A DNA stretch of 64,000 nt. It comes from Escherichia phage PP01. The notes below the pieces were generated by a model that searched no databases, was not told the DNA's origin, and saw nothing but the letters and a program-made list of their open reading frames with translations. This document shows positions 1 through 9,528 of this stretch, one piece after another; the stretch's first letter is position 1, and every line of letters begins with the position of its first letter. Both the position numbers and the translations under genes were made by a program. The stretch lies in sequence record NC_054930.1. One strand, 5' to 3'.

Positions 1-1474
1 TTTCAGCAATATCACGCCAAGTAAATAAAAGAGCAATATCAATTCGTGCTTTTTCACCTTGACTAAATGAAGCATAACTAAAATCTTCACGACCACGGGA
101 TTTAATTGTCTCATTAAATTCTTCATCTAATGTAAACACATAATCCGCTTCCATTATTTTAAGATAATGGTTAATCTGCTTATTAAATAATGGAATGTAC
201 TTTTTAATAATAGCACCTTTAATACCAGAATCTTTGAGCATATCAGTCAAAATTCCTCGGTGGTATTTTTCCATTACTAAATTAGTTTTTGTCTTAACAA
301 TTTTATCAAGTTCTTCTTGAAGCAGTGCTATTTCATCAGCATGGTCAATAAACTCAGAAGATGCTTTTTCTATAGCCGCTTTAACCTTTTTAGCTTTATC
401 TACCGTCGTGATTAGAGATTGCTTTTTATTGCGAATATCATTTGCCAACGACTGTTGGGTTTTAATATTATCTCGGTATTCATCAACAAGAACTTTTAAA
501 TTATCACGATGTGTTGAAAGCTGTTCAAACGAATGCGTACATTCAGAAACTTTATCTTTAATTTTAGAAACAACTTTATCACCGGAACTTAATTGTGACA
601 AACAGGTTGGACATAATCCACCTTCGTGATACATATTAATGACTTTATTATACGAGTCAATTTTTGATTTAATTAAAACTGCTTCTTGACCGATTTTATT
701 AAATGCATCAGTAGGGTCTTCATCTAAAACAATATTAACTAATCTTTCGTTAGCTTCTTCTATTTCCGATTTTAGCGTTCTAGCTTCTTTTGCCAAATCA
801 TCATACATATTTTGCAGACGAGTAAGGTTGTCACCCGTTAATTTTTTCTGGCGTTCAACGTTATCATTATATATTTTAATTTGTTGGATAATACTATCTT
901 TTTTAACATCAAGCACTTGGTTCTGCGAATTTAATTCACGTATTAGTGCTTTATTAAGCTTATCCATTTCAGCTAATGTTCCTACCTCAAGCAAGTCTTC
1001 CACAAGCTTTCTTCGTGCAGGGGTCGACAAACCCATGAAAGGGGTATACCCTGCTGTACCAAGAACAACAATCTGCTTGAAACTGGCATATGACATTCCG
1101 ATAAGCTGTTCAAATTCTGCTTGGAAATCTTTACTGCTGGCAGATTCATTAAGACGTGTACCGTTAACGGTGATTTCGAAAACGTTTGGTTTTTGTCCTC
1201 TTTTGATATAGTACTTTTTCTCATCATATTCCATCCACAGTTCAACTAAAAGTTCTTTCTTATTTGTGCTGTTTATTAATTGACCTTTCTTTACATCACG
1301 AAATGGCTTGCCAAAAAGCCCAAATGTGATGGCTTCTAGCATAGTAGACTTACCACCGCCATTTCGCCCAGTAATAAGAGTTTTTTGAACCTTATCTAAT
1401 TGAATGTCAACTCCATTTTGACCAACTGACATTATATTTTTATATTTTACTCTATTAAGTTTAAATGATTTCAT
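1..1474 (-). CDS. 46: Recombination endonuclease subunit gp46 (SbcC/Rad50-like ATPase); 3' part cut by window edge
   Basis: Minus-strand frame open from window start to an ATG at ~1472-1474; N-terminus MKSFKLNRVKYKNIMSVGQNGVDIQLDKVQKTLITGRNGGGKS with Walker A. Absent from ORF track because it has no in-window stop. Confidence 0.85.
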   Translation of the reverse strand, partial: MKSFKLNRVKYKNIMSVGQNGVDIQLDKVQKTLITGRNGGGKSTMLEAITFGLFGKPFRDVKKGQLINSTNKKELLVELWMEYDEKKYYIKRGQKPNVFEITVNGTRLNESASSKDFQAEFEQLIGMSYASFKQIVVLGTAGYTPFMGLSTPARRKLVEDLLEVGTLAEMDKLNKALIRELNSQNQVLDVKKDSIIQQIKIYNDNVERQKKLTGDNLTRLQNMYDDLAKEARTLKSEIEEANERLVNIVLDEDPTDAFNKIGQEAVLIKSKIDSYNKVINMYHEGGLCPTCLSQLSSGDKVVSKIKDKVSECTHSFEQLSTHRDNLKVLVDEYRDNIKTQQSLANDIRNKKQSLITTVDKAKKVKAAIEKASSEFIDHADEIALLQEELDKIVKTKTNLVMEKYHRGILTDMLKDSGIKGAIIKKYIPLFNKQINHYLKIMEADYVFTLDEEFNETIKSRGREDFSYASFSQGEKARIDIALLFTWRDIAE

Positions 1475-1489
1475 TTTGTATCCAATTGT

Positions 1490-2344
1490 TCACAATGAAG
1501 AAAATTCTTTAACTAAAGCCTGTAATGAAGCCTCTATTGGATATCCATTCTTAACTAACATTTTCCTAAACATTACATGTTTAGGACGATTATATGATAT
1601 CCACAATTCATACAATTTATCTTTATTATCCCAATGATAGCCTTTTCGTCGAGATGCTATATGAGCTTTTCTAATCTCCGGATTTTTCCAACTAGCAGCT
1701 ACTGAATTTGATATAGCTATTTTATATTCAGGTTTTGATAAAGCAGCACGAACAGCCTTTTGGTGTTTAATTTTATTTTCTTCGTTATTAAACCATTCCC
1801 TTGAAGCCATTGAAATTTTTTGTTTTGTTTTAAAATTATTTAATCTTTCTTTATTATCTTTCCTATTTTTTGCTACTGAAAAATATTTTAATGCCCTTTC
1901 TCTAGCAGCATTTCTATTTTGCGGATTTGAATAATACTGTTGAAGCCTTTTTGATATTGTGTCACTTACATCTTGTTTTATAAAACTATATTCAGCAGCT
2001 ATTAAATCAACTTCGGCTAAAGATAAATTTTTATATGTTTTTCCTGACATCATTCTATTTAAAGCATTTAACATTTTTCCATTTTTACCTTTTGCTAATA
2101 AGAAGTGTGCTTTAAAATGATTAAAATGACTTAAATTAACTAAATTCCATGTAGATTTTAAATATTCAGGAAATATTGATTTAGGAAGCACGTGGTGTGC
2201 TTCCGTTTTACCTGGAGTTTTAACAGTTGAATTCACAGAAATAAAATTAATGTAAGACTTGGCGTCTTCTTCACTCAACGCTAATTTTTCAACTAATTCC
2301 TTTATTAAAAATTCATCATTAATGTCAAGTTTAAAATTCTTCAC
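1490..2344 (-). CDS. Free-standing HNH-family homing endonuclease-like protein (Mob-like), 284 aa
   Basis: ORF track; HNH-like motif EAHHVLPKS...NLVNLSHFNHFKAH; basic C-terminal half; GTG start overlapping the stop of the upstream small ORF. Confidence 0.6.
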   Translation of the reverse strand: MKNFKLDINDEFLIKELVEKLALSEEDAKSYINFISVNSTVKTPGKTEAHHVLPKSIFPEYLKSTWNLVNLSHFNHFKAHFLLAKGKNGKMLNALNRMMSGKTYKNLSLAEVDLIAAEYSFIKQDVSDTISKRLQQYYSNPQNRNAARERALKYFSVAKNRKDNKERLNNFKTKQKISMASREWFNNEENKIKHQKAVRAALSKPEYKIAISNSVAASWKNPEIRKAHIASRRKGYHWDNKDKLYELWISYNRPKHVMFRKMLVKNGYPIEASLQALVKEFSSL

Positions 2345-2556
2345 AAAAGATTCCTTTTAATGTATCTTTTAGACCATTCTATCATATCATCATAATCTAA
2401 AAAGTATTCATCAAATTCAGCCATGCAAACAACACCTTGTGCTGTTTTTGATGTAATATAAATTATTCCAACATATCTAGAATCTTCTTCGGTATAATCA
2501 ATGTTTGCTATGAATTCATCATTAATGTCAAATGTCGAAAACTTCACAGTATGCAT
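2341..2556 (-). CDS. Hypothetical small protein (~71 aa; start taken at internal Met)
   Basis: ORF track 2341..2604; internal start MHTVKFSTFDINDEF avoids overlap with upstream ORF and shares the ...DINDEF N-terminal motif with the adjacent HNH ORF. Confidence 0.4.
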   Translation of the reverse strand: MHTVKFSTFDINDEFIANIDYTEEDSRYVGIIYITSKTAQGVVCMAEFDEYFLDYDDMIEWSKRYIKRNLL

Positions 2557-2791
2557 CCTTAATACAAGATACAGCCATATCTCGCAATGATTTAGGTGTG
2601 TCATTATCTAAAATGTTGAAGTTAAAAGATACAGCCCAGTCAGTGCAGACCGTAACCTTTTTAATACAATTATCTTCAACCTCTAGCGGTTCAAACCAAT
2701 ATTCAATAATTTCTTTATGCCCAATATCATCTTTTACTTCGCATTCAAAATGCTGACTCATCATAACATTTTTAAATTCATCAAAAGTCAT
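2528..2791 (-). CDS. Hypothetical protein, 87 aa
   Basis: ORF track; same strand as neighbours; stop overlaps the next gene's start. Confidence 0.45.
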   Translation of the reverse strand: MTFDEFKNVMMSQHFECEVKDDIGHKEIIEYWFEPLEVEDNCIKKVTVCTDWAVSFNFNILDNDTPKSLRDMAVSCIKDAYCEVFDI

Positions 2792-3807
2792 TGTGTTGCC
2801 TCTACATATAACTGATTTGCATATTGAATAAGTGCTTCGCGGTCAGAATCAGTGATGTCTGGAATTGCATTAATATATTCTTCCATCAACGTTTGAAGAG
2901 ATTGAACTTCAACTTCTTCACTATCATCTGACTCGACAGAGTTATCAATCTTTGACACAACTCGTAATGAATGCACAACTTTTTCTAGTTCAGATTCGAA
3001 CTTCGTTAGATTTTTGTCTACTTCAGTTACTATAACACGTACTGATAGATTTGTAAAATCTTTATAGTCAATTTTTCCTTTAAATGGATAATGAATTCTA
3101 CGATGCCAGGTAGTATTGTTTGGAATAAATTCCATTCGTTCTGTTTCTGTATCAAACATCCAGAACCCGCGAGGGTCATTCTCGTCACCTGCAGTTAGTG
3201 TCCATGGTGTCCCAATATATCTGACGTTTGCAGCCTCAGAAATAGTATGGAAGTGACCAGACCACACTTCTTTATAAGTCTTAAGGAAATCAGGTTCAAG
3301 ACCGTGAGATTTCATTCCTTTATAAAAATAAAATCCATTCAGTTCCCAGTGACCAACACAAAAAGAAGCAGATGAAGTTTTGATGTGTTCAAGAATTTCA
3401 CCAGTATTTTCTTCGCACATCCAAGGAATTAAATCAATCAAACATCCGTCAAAATCTACTGTAGTAGGCTTATCATATACTTTAACATTAGGATATTTAG
3501 CCAAAAGCTCAGTAGAAGCATTTGGAGTTAAAGTATTTTTAAAGTGCATATCATGGTTTCCTACAACAGTATGTAGGGTAATACCAGCATCATCAAGCAT
3601 TTGAACTATTTCACGAGCGAACTCCATAGTTTTATGCGTGATTGCTTTTCGCACATCAAAAATATCGCCGTATTGAATCCATGTAGTAATTCCGTTTTTC
3701 TTAGAATATTCTATTGCTTGTTTAATTCCATCCAACTGAATGGATTGAACCCACTCATCATCGGCTTTAACACCTAAATGCCAATCACCTAAATTTAAAA
3801 TTTTCAT
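2788..3807 (-). CDS. 47: Recombination nuclease subunit gp47 (Mre11-like metallophosphoesterase)
   Basis: 339 aa, same length as T4 gp47; phosphoesterase motifs GDWHLG, GDIFD, GNHD, GHWE, GHFH. Confidence 0.9.
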   Translation of the reverse strand: MKILNLGDWHLGVKADDEWVQSIQLDGIKQAIEYSKKNGITTWIQYGDIFDVRKAITHKTMEFAREIVQMLDDAGITLHTVVGNHDMHFKNTLTPNASTELLAKYPNVKVYDKPTTVDFDGCLIDLIPWMCEENTGEILEHIKTSSASFCVGHWELNGFYFYKGMKSHGLEPDFLKTYKEVWSGHFHTISEAANVRYIGTPWTLTAGDENDPRGFWMFDTETERMEFIPNNTTWHRRIHYPFKGKIDYKDFTNLSVRVIVTEVDKNLTKFESELEKVVHSLRVVSKIDNSVESDDSEEVEVQSLQTLMEEYINAIPDITDSDREALIQYANQLYVEATQ

Positions 3808-3967
3808 ATATCAAGAACCGTCATTGAAATGCAAAATAAAATTATTGAAATAAATCCATCTGGAGTACTAAAGAACCCAATCCAACATGCTCTGGTGAAT
3901 AGATAAAACGCTAGAAAAAGTATCACATATCCAAGAAATATCATTATATCAAACTCCGTATAAAGCT

Positions 3968-3985
3968 AAAGGGCCGAAGCCCTTT
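3968..3985 (-). terminator. Stable stem-loop with UUCG tetraloop on the minus-strand RNA, at the a-gt stop
   Basis: aaagggc-cgaa-gcccttt palindrome (loop reads UUCG on the minus transcript). Confidence 0.5.
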
Positions 3986-5186
3986 ATTTTGTAATAATGT
4001 CAAACTGTTCTTTAAAGCAGAAGCTTGAATCTTGATGCTGATACAAAAATTCATAAGCTTTTTCGCGTTCACGGTCATAAAGAGCTCGGTCAGATGACAG
4101 TTCTTTAATACGCTCAAATGTTGATTCCATGTCATTTTCATCAAACCAAACGATACCGCTATCATGAGAAATTAACGGAGTATTATCAACACGGAATTTT
4201 AAATTTTCGCCAGTAGATTTCCAAAATACCGGAATTGTTCCACACGCACCAAGCTCGAGATGAGTATATTCTAAAGAACGCTGTAGATATTTTTTATCTA
4301 ATTTACTCAGCTGATAACCAAATCCGGATTTACTCATGCGTTCAAGCATTTCGCTATTTACATAACGGTCGAGAATTTGCGTTGGCAAATTAGGAGCAAT
4401 TTTAATTTGGTCTACTTGATGAAGACGATAATACTCGTATGGAATTCCTTTTTCTTTAATAGGAATGAACGCTGGAGAACGTTCCAGACCTTCCATAACA
4501 GTACTTAGTCCTGCAGGTTTAAGATGTTTTTCGTGAAAATCAAACATCTGATAAAAGCCTTTCCATGTAGTAGTACGACCAATCCAACGGTTGATATTCA
4601 TGTTAATTTCAGAAACATCTTTCCAGTAAGTTGATCGAACCTTCGCAATATCCATAGGAGGCTGAAAGTTATATACGGTCGGTGCTTCTTCAATATCATC
4701 AAACAAAGAAACTGTTTCTGGATACCATTCTTTCATTAAAACTTTATTAAAATCACCATTATCAGAATGGCTAAAAATAACATCAGCTCGACGAACAGTT
4801 TCTTCTAATCCCAAATTTCGGCGCAAAGAAAGAGAAGAATGGTCATGTTGATAAACTACAACACGAACCGAAGGTTTAATGTTATCAATAATTTTTTTAT
4901 AGTTATTAATCGTGTCTTCTTCAACTGAAGTAGCAGGAACTGAATTGATAATTAGAATATCACAATCATTTACCAACTTAAGTGTTTTATCGTATTCTTT
5001 TGCCAATAAAACCGGAATTGAAAATGACTTATAATCATGTGCGCAATTACGAGTAAATGATTTATCTTTAGCATAAACCAAAGTTACTTCATGACCATTT
5101 TTAATAAACCAATCACGTTGCTCAAGAGAAAATTTAGTTACACCACAACCTTCAAGACCTCGAGCCATAAAAATGCATACTTTCAT
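3984..5186 (-). CDS. a-gt: DNA alpha-glucosyltransferase (HMC-DNA glucosylation)
   Basis: 400 aa, same length as T4 alpha-GT, and N-terminus (MKVCIFMARGLEGCGVTKF...) matching my recollection of it. Confidence 0.88.
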   Translation of the reverse strand: MKVCIFMARGLEGCGVTKFSLEQRDWFIKNGHEVTLVYAKDKSFTRNCAHDYKSFSIPVLLAKEYDKTLKLVNDCDILIINSVPATSVEEDTINNYKKIIDNIKPSVRVVVYQHDHSSLSLRRNLGLEETVRRADVIFSHSDNGDFNKVLMKEWYPETVSLFDDIEEAPTVYNFQPPMDIAKVRSTYWKDVSEINMNINRWIGRTTTWKGFYQMFDFHEKHLKPAGLSTVMEGLERSPAFIPIKEKGIPYEYYRLHQVDQIKIAPNLPTQILDRYVNSEMLERMSKSGFGYQLSKLDKKYLQRSLEYTHLELGACGTIPVFWKSTGENLKFRVDNTPLISHDSGIVWFDENDMESTFERIKELSSDRALYDREREKAYEFLYQHQDSSFCFKEQFDIITK

Positions 5187-5253
5187 TTAATATCCTCATT
5201 GTTTTGGTTTATTTTACCAAAAATTTATAAAGCAATATAGGAGCCGAAGCTCC

Positions 5254-5426
5254 TATCCACATAATACACCATACAGAGGCTCATTAGAGCTTCTAAATTT
5301 TATGCGCTTATATGTTATAGTTCCTTCTGCTTTAGCTTTATCATGAGACTCTTTAAAGCGTCTCATCATTTCTACTTTAGAGGAACGAATTTTATTATAA
5401 TCTATTTCAGAAGTCTGGGCGTTCAT
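5254..5426 (-). CDS. Small hypothetical ORF (~57 aa), below ORF-track cutoff
   Basis: Hand translation of minus strand: MNAQTSEIDYNKIRSSKVEMMRRFKESHDKAKAEGTITYKRIKFRSSNEPLYGVLCG; stop lies in a UUCG hairpin; coordinates approximate. Confidence 0.3.
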
Positions 5427-5429
5427 CTT

Positions 5430-5636
5430 TCACAGTTGCCACCATTTTTTGACTTGATAAGAATCAACCCACACTTTCATATTAGGGTCTGCTCTTACAA
5501 TAGGAGGATTAACTTCTTTGATTGAACTATCATGGTATTCTTTTTCAGAAATTTTCACGCAAAGATGACCATTCAAAGATTCAGTAAATCCTGCATTAAT
5601 TTTAAGACGCTTGAATTTTACGTGTGTAAGCATCAA
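5430..5636 (-). CDS. Hypothetical protein, 68 aa
   Basis: ORF track; co-directional early-region ORF. Confidence 0.4.
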   Translation of the reverse strand: MMLTHVKFKRLKINAGFTESLNGHLCVKISEKEYHDSSIKEVNPPIVRADPNMKVWVDSYQVKKWWQL

Positions 5637-5919
5637 TCATATCCTCAATCTGCGATCTAGTAGTCTTCCAAAGAATACTAATAAGTTCATCGTTATATGG
5701 CTGTTTTAGAATATCCCGACTTTTCTTGATAGCATATTCGTATTGAGCAAAATTATTGTTTTCAGCTGCAATCTGAGCGTGCTTGTAAAGACGGTTCAGT
5801 TCGCGTTTGTTTTTAGACAATAACTTATTTGCTTTTCTTTCTGCTTCAAGACGGTTCTTTTCTTCAATAGAAGAAATAAGCTTTTCCACTTCATCATTAA
5901 TTTCGGGTTTATCAGTCAT
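5602..5919 (-). CDS. Hypothetical coiled-coil protein, 105 aa
   Basis: ORF track; charged heptad-rich sequence. Confidence 0.5.
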   Translation of the reverse strand: MTDKPEINDEVEKLISSIEEKNRLEAERKANKLLSKNKRELNRLYKHAQIAAENNNFAQYEYAIKKSRDILKQPYNDELISILWKTTRSQIEDMIDAYTRKIQAS

Positions 5920-5920
5920 A

Positions 5921-6139
5921 TTATTTCTCTAATATAAAATAAAAATCATCATCTGTTAAATGATACCGATAGTTTAATTCTACACCATTAGATTTAAAAG
6001 CGGTATCATACGGATTTTCTGGATCAATATCAATGTCAAGAGCTAAAACTTCCCTGAGATACATTTTAAGTAAATAGGGAATAGCTTCAACTTCAGGTAT
6101 TTCTTCCAAGAATCCGGAGAGGTTAATCGTTAGCCTCAT
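5921..6139 (-). CDS. Hypothetical protein, 72 aa
   Basis: ORF track; tightly packed with neighbours. Confidence 0.5.
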
Positions 6140-6680
6140 ATAAAAAATCCAAACTAGGAGAATCGTCTACAACACTTTTCTTTTCAGCCCCTGGTGTTCT
6201 ATAGGTTGATTCTTCGTAATGCGTCATTTTATCGTAGATGTCTTGAATAAAAGTTTCATCTACTAACGCAACCATATCGTCGTCACGACTGTCATAGACA
6301 TTGTGAACGAAGTAACTATATTTCTTTGCAACTTCCTTACGTTCTTTTTTAATACGTTGGACGAATGCATTAAAACAAGCTTGAGTTATATATGCATGTG
6401 GGTTTTTATATTTCGTTTCATCAAAATTATGAAGCCCCTTAATAGAAGCTTCTATACCATCTGCAATCATTTCTTGTTTCCAAGACTGGGTGTATCCTGA
6501 AAAGTTGAAACGTTTAGATAAGCCTTCTGCAATAAGCATAATGGCTAATCCGATGGTATCATTCTGACGAACTACTTTATTTGGGTCTTTATTATTTGCT
6601 AATTCTGTTTTCCAATCAATAATAGCTTGTAAAAGCTCTTTATTGTTTACGTAATTATATTTAGGCTTAGTTTCTGACAT
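6123..6680 (-). CDS. 55: Late-transcription sigma factor gp55
   Basis: ORF track 6123..6686; sequence [30 protein letters not shown]... matches T4 gp55 (185 aa when started at MSETK). Confidence 0.92.
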
Positions 6681-6758
6681 TTTCACCTCTTAGCTCAATT
6701 CATAGATCTATTATATCATAATATTTGAAGATCTATCTTAAAGCATAGAGGATATCAG

Positions 6759-7028
6759 TTATCTAAGTAAACAGTATGCTTGGAATACTTTCTCCATCAT
6801 CTTTTTAAATTCATGAATATCTATATAATGACTAGTTAGATCAGCATGATATAAAAAGTCTAAAAACTTTTCATGTGTACTAACATATTCACTTTCATTT
6901 AATTCAGAAACATGGCTTTCCCAATATCCAACACCAGTCTTATTTGGGAAAAATGAAATTTTCATGTATTGGTCAACATAGAAAATGCCATAATTTTCAA
7001 TAGTAATAGAAATATTAATAAATTTCAT
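6759..7028 (-). CDS. Hypothetical protein, 89 aa
   Basis: ORF track. Confidence 0.5.
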   Translation of the reverse strand: MKFINISITIENYGIFYVDQYMKISFFPNKTGVGYWESHVSELNESEYVSTHEKFLDFLYHADLTSHYIDIHEFKKMMEKVFQAYCLLR

Positions 7029-7240
7029 ACATTCATCAACTTAGCCGCTTCGAGAGCTGCATCTAGTGAATCAAATTGATCGACATATTCAATCAGTTTG
7101 CCGTAATTAGCGTATAACCACCATTGGCTAAATTCATACTCAAGGATAAATCCATTTCCTTCAATTTGAGTTAAACCAATGCCATTTGTATTTACTTCAT
7201 ACCCAGCAAGACGTAAATCGTTAATAAGAGCTTCGTTCAT
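7025..7240 (-). CDS. Hypothetical protein, 71 aa
   Basis: ORF track; start/stop overlap with neighbours. Confidence 0.5.
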   Translation of the reverse strand: MNEALINDLRLAGYEVNTNGIGLTQIEGNGFILEYEFSQWWLYANYGKLIEYVDQFDSLDAALEAAKLMNV

Positions 7241-7242
7241 AA

Positions 7243-7569
7243 TTATACCTTAGTAATTTTCAGGTCTGCAAATTTTTTCTTGCGTTGATTTTTCATACGA
7301 CGAATAGTTTTATCGGAAATTTCATGCTTTTGATAAGCTTTAGATTCTACACCAAAAGCTTTAACATCAAATTCTGACAAGATATATTGAACCAACAATT
7401 CACGGACAGTATTTCGTCCAATTTTCTGATCATTCTGTTTCATCGTCTGATGAAGCTCTTTTTCCCATTTATCCAAAATTTGAGGAGTTACAATATCGCC
7501 TTTTTCTAGCAAAGAAACTACTTTATCATATGCGTAAGAATTGATGGCGTTTTTAATTTGAATAGTCAT
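7243..7569 (-). CDS. Hypothetical protein, 108 aa
   Basis: ORF track. Confidence 0.55.
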   Translation of the reverse strand: MTIQIKNAINSYAYDKVVSLLEKGDIVTPQILDKWEKELHQTMKQNDQKIGRNTVRELLVQYILSEFDVKAFGVESKAYQKHEISDKTIRRMKNQRKKKFADLKITKV

Positions 7570-7608
7570 ACATTATCCTCAATTACGTTAAAATTTTATT
7601 ATCCAAAA

Positions 7609-7622
7609 AGGGCCGAAGCCCT
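7609..7622 (-). terminator. UUCG-tetraloop stem-loop after the 66-aa ORF
   Basis: agggc-cgaa-gccct palindrome immediately 3' of the ORF stop on the minus strand. Confidence 0.45.
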
Positions 7623-7822
7623 TAGCTAAACTGTTTGGCACCCTTCCAGCCTTCGTACATCATTGCGACTGACAATGACAAAGCTCCTTCGCATGCTGCA
7701 TACTTATTATTCCAGAACCAATTTAGAAAAACTTCATCCTCAATACCATTGTGTTTCATGTTCTGGAAAAATTTGGCGCGTTCTTCACGAAGCTTTTGCG
7801 ATAACATAGATTCAGGATTCAT
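7622..7822 (-). CDS. Hypothetical protein, 66 aa
   Basis: ORF track. Confidence 0.45.
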   Translation of the reverse strand: MNPESMLSQKLREERAKFFQNMKHNGIEDEVFLNWFWNNKYAACEGALSLSVAMMYEGWKGAKQFS

Positions 7823-7961
7823 TTAAATTTTCCAGTTACCGTTTTCATCAATAAATTTAATCCAGTCATTTACTGACCACTTAGTTGTATCGCCTTTTGG
7901 AGTAACATTTAAAGTATATAGCCCTTGCTTAAAAAGCATTCGTTTGATATTCATATTTTCC

Positions 7962-8294
7962 TCAGCTGTAACGATAGCACTCGTTTGATTTACGCTTAGC
8001 AACTAGTTGAGAAGTATTATAATCAAAATCATCGTCAATGTAAACTGATTTTTTCAACTTTCTTACTTCACCACGTAATTGGCGATTTAGCTCATCTTTA
8101 ACTTCTGAATCAATACCTTTCATTCTACGCCATTTATCTGAGCGAAAAATGTTTTCAACCATATCTTTATGACTTACACCGTCTGGAGCTTTACGCTTTC
8201 CAAAATAGTCATAATCACGCACTTTTAAGTCTTTACGACGATACGTTTTACCCATGGAGTTTAATTTCCTTAGCAACTGAACTAAATGCAGCAC
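7962..8294 (-). CDS. Hypothetical basic protein, 110 aa
   Basis: ORF track. Confidence 0.5.
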   Translation of the reverse strand: MLHLVQLLRKLNSMGKTYRRKDLKVRDYDYFGKRKAPDGVSHKDMVENIFRSDKWRRMKGIDSEVKDELNRQLRGEVRKLKKSVYIDDDFDYNTSQLVAKRKSNECYRYS

Positions 8295-8430
8295 GATCGC
8301 AAATCATGCGTTTATGTAACTTGAGTATAATATAGCAAACTTCAAAACTATTTACATGAGTAACACGAACAGCATTACCATTAATGAGATAATACTGTCC
8401 CTTTTTAATTTCTTTATCAACCACAACCAT
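8248..8430 (-). CDS. Hypothetical protein, 60 aa
   Basis: ORF track; sits directly downstream of an early promoter. Confidence 0.35.
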   Translation of the reverse strand: MVVVDKEIKKGQYYLINGNAVRVTHVNSFEVCYIILKLHKRMICDRAAFSSVAKEIKLHG

Positions 8431-8460
8431 ATCAAATCCTCAAAGGCAATTCATATGTTA

Positions 8461-8512
8461 ATAATACCACGGTTTGAACTTGTTGTAAACAACTTTGTGA
8501 AAAATATTTTAG
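8461..8512 (-). promoter_or_regulatory. T4-type early promoter (-35 GTTTAC, extended -10, A/T-rich upstream element)
   Basis: Plus strand reads ataataccac...tgtaaacaactttgtgaaaaatatttt, the reverse complement of the conserved early-promoter pattern that recurs across this window. Confidence 0.6.
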
Positions 8513-8588
8513 GGAATGACAAGAAGGGAACGATAGCTTAGAATGGTAATATACAGAATGCGAGAAAGAAAGGCCCAGAGGGCCCGTC

Positions 8589-8882
8589 TTAATCTTCTAT
8601 GATATCTCTATCATATCCAAGTGAAATGAGAGTTTCTTTGAAGTGTTTAATGTTCTTTTGTCTAGAATCATTAATGAAAATGACTGGATAACGAATGTTA
8701 AGAGATGTGAATCCAGCGCGTTTAGCAAGAGATACAATCAGCGGACGATCATACTCAATCTTACCATTATTTGTAAGAACTTTATAGAAAGTAAAAGGAG
8801 CATTGAGCTCCTTTAGAAGTTTTGTAACTGATTGACATCCAGGACAACGACCTACTTCATCTGGAATTCCATAGACTTCAAT
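8589..8882 (-). CDS. nrdH: Thioredoxin-fold redoxin (NrdH/glutaredoxin-like, CPGC active site); start codon uncertain
   Basis: ORF track 8589..9041 contains EVYGIPDEVGRCPGCQS; its first ~53 codons overlap ORF 8884..9195 and no in-frame ATG/GTG/TTG follows the overlap, so the true start may be non-canonical. Confidence 0.55.
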   Translation of the reverse strand: MEVYGIPDEVGRCPGCQSVTKLLKELNAPFTFYKVLTNNGKIEYDRPLIVSLAKRAGFTSLNIRYPVIFINDSRQKNIKHFKETLISLGYDRDIIED

Positions 8883-8883
8883 C

Positions 8884-9195
8884 TTATTCTTTAAGTTCGA
8901 GTTTTGTTCCACGAGAAATAATTCCTTGGTAAGCCCAATAAGGAGGATTAACAGAATCCTCACCAGAGTTTTCTTCAGGAAAATAAACCTGGATAACGAA
9001 GCCGGATTCATCAAAGGTAAAATAAACCGTAGGCAGTTCACCTAACAAATCGGCACGAGCGTTGATTTCTTCGAGGTCTTGTTCACGTCCAGCCCAGAAG
9101 CTTGGGTTCAGACTACATTCATAGAAATAATAGTCATTACCGAACATATCAAAACCATTCCAACTCTCTACTACATACCGCTCAAAACTAATCAT
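8884..9195 (-). CDS. Hypothetical protein, 103 aa
   Basis: ORF track. Confidence 0.5.
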   Translation of the reverse strand: MISFERYVVESWNGFDMFGNDYYFYECSLNPSFWAGREQDLEEINARADLLGELPTVYFTFDESGFVIQVYFPEENSGEDSVNPPYWAYQGIISRGTKLELKE

Positions 9196-9197
9196 AA

Positions 9198-9413
9198 TTA
9201 AGCCTTTTTATCAAGAACAGCATTCAGCTTATTAGTAATTTTATCCAGACGCTCATTGAACTCACTAGAAGATAGTCCTTTTTCTGGAGAAATCAAACTA
9301 ATCACGAAAAATATAGCAATAAAAGGAATAAGGAAAATAGCTCCAACTGCCATAAACAAAAAGAATGTTACGGTTGTAAGAAAATCAGCTAAACCTTTAC
9401 GAAATTTATACAT
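9198..9413 (-). CDS. Small membrane protein, 71 aa
   Basis: ORF track; hydrophobic span LTTVTFFLFMAVGAIFLIPFIAIFFVISLI. Confidence 0.5.
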   Translation of the reverse strand: MYKFRKGLADFLTTVTFFLFMAVGAIFLIPFIAIFFVISLISPEKGLSSSEFNERLDKITNKLNAVLDKKA

Positions 9414-9528
9414 ATTTTACCCTTAATTAATTAACCAAGCATTGATAAGCACTAAACTATATTGGGAATAAAATTCTGGACCAAAATGAAAAATCATATC
9501 ATTTATAGTATCCATAATGTAATTCAAT

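Noticed and set aside
408-1245. ORF-track ORFs 408..629(+), 828..1211(+) and 982..1245(-) inside the gene 46 region
   Set aside because: They lie antisense to or out of frame with the long gp46 reading frame, which carries clear ATPase motifs; low-complexity translations.
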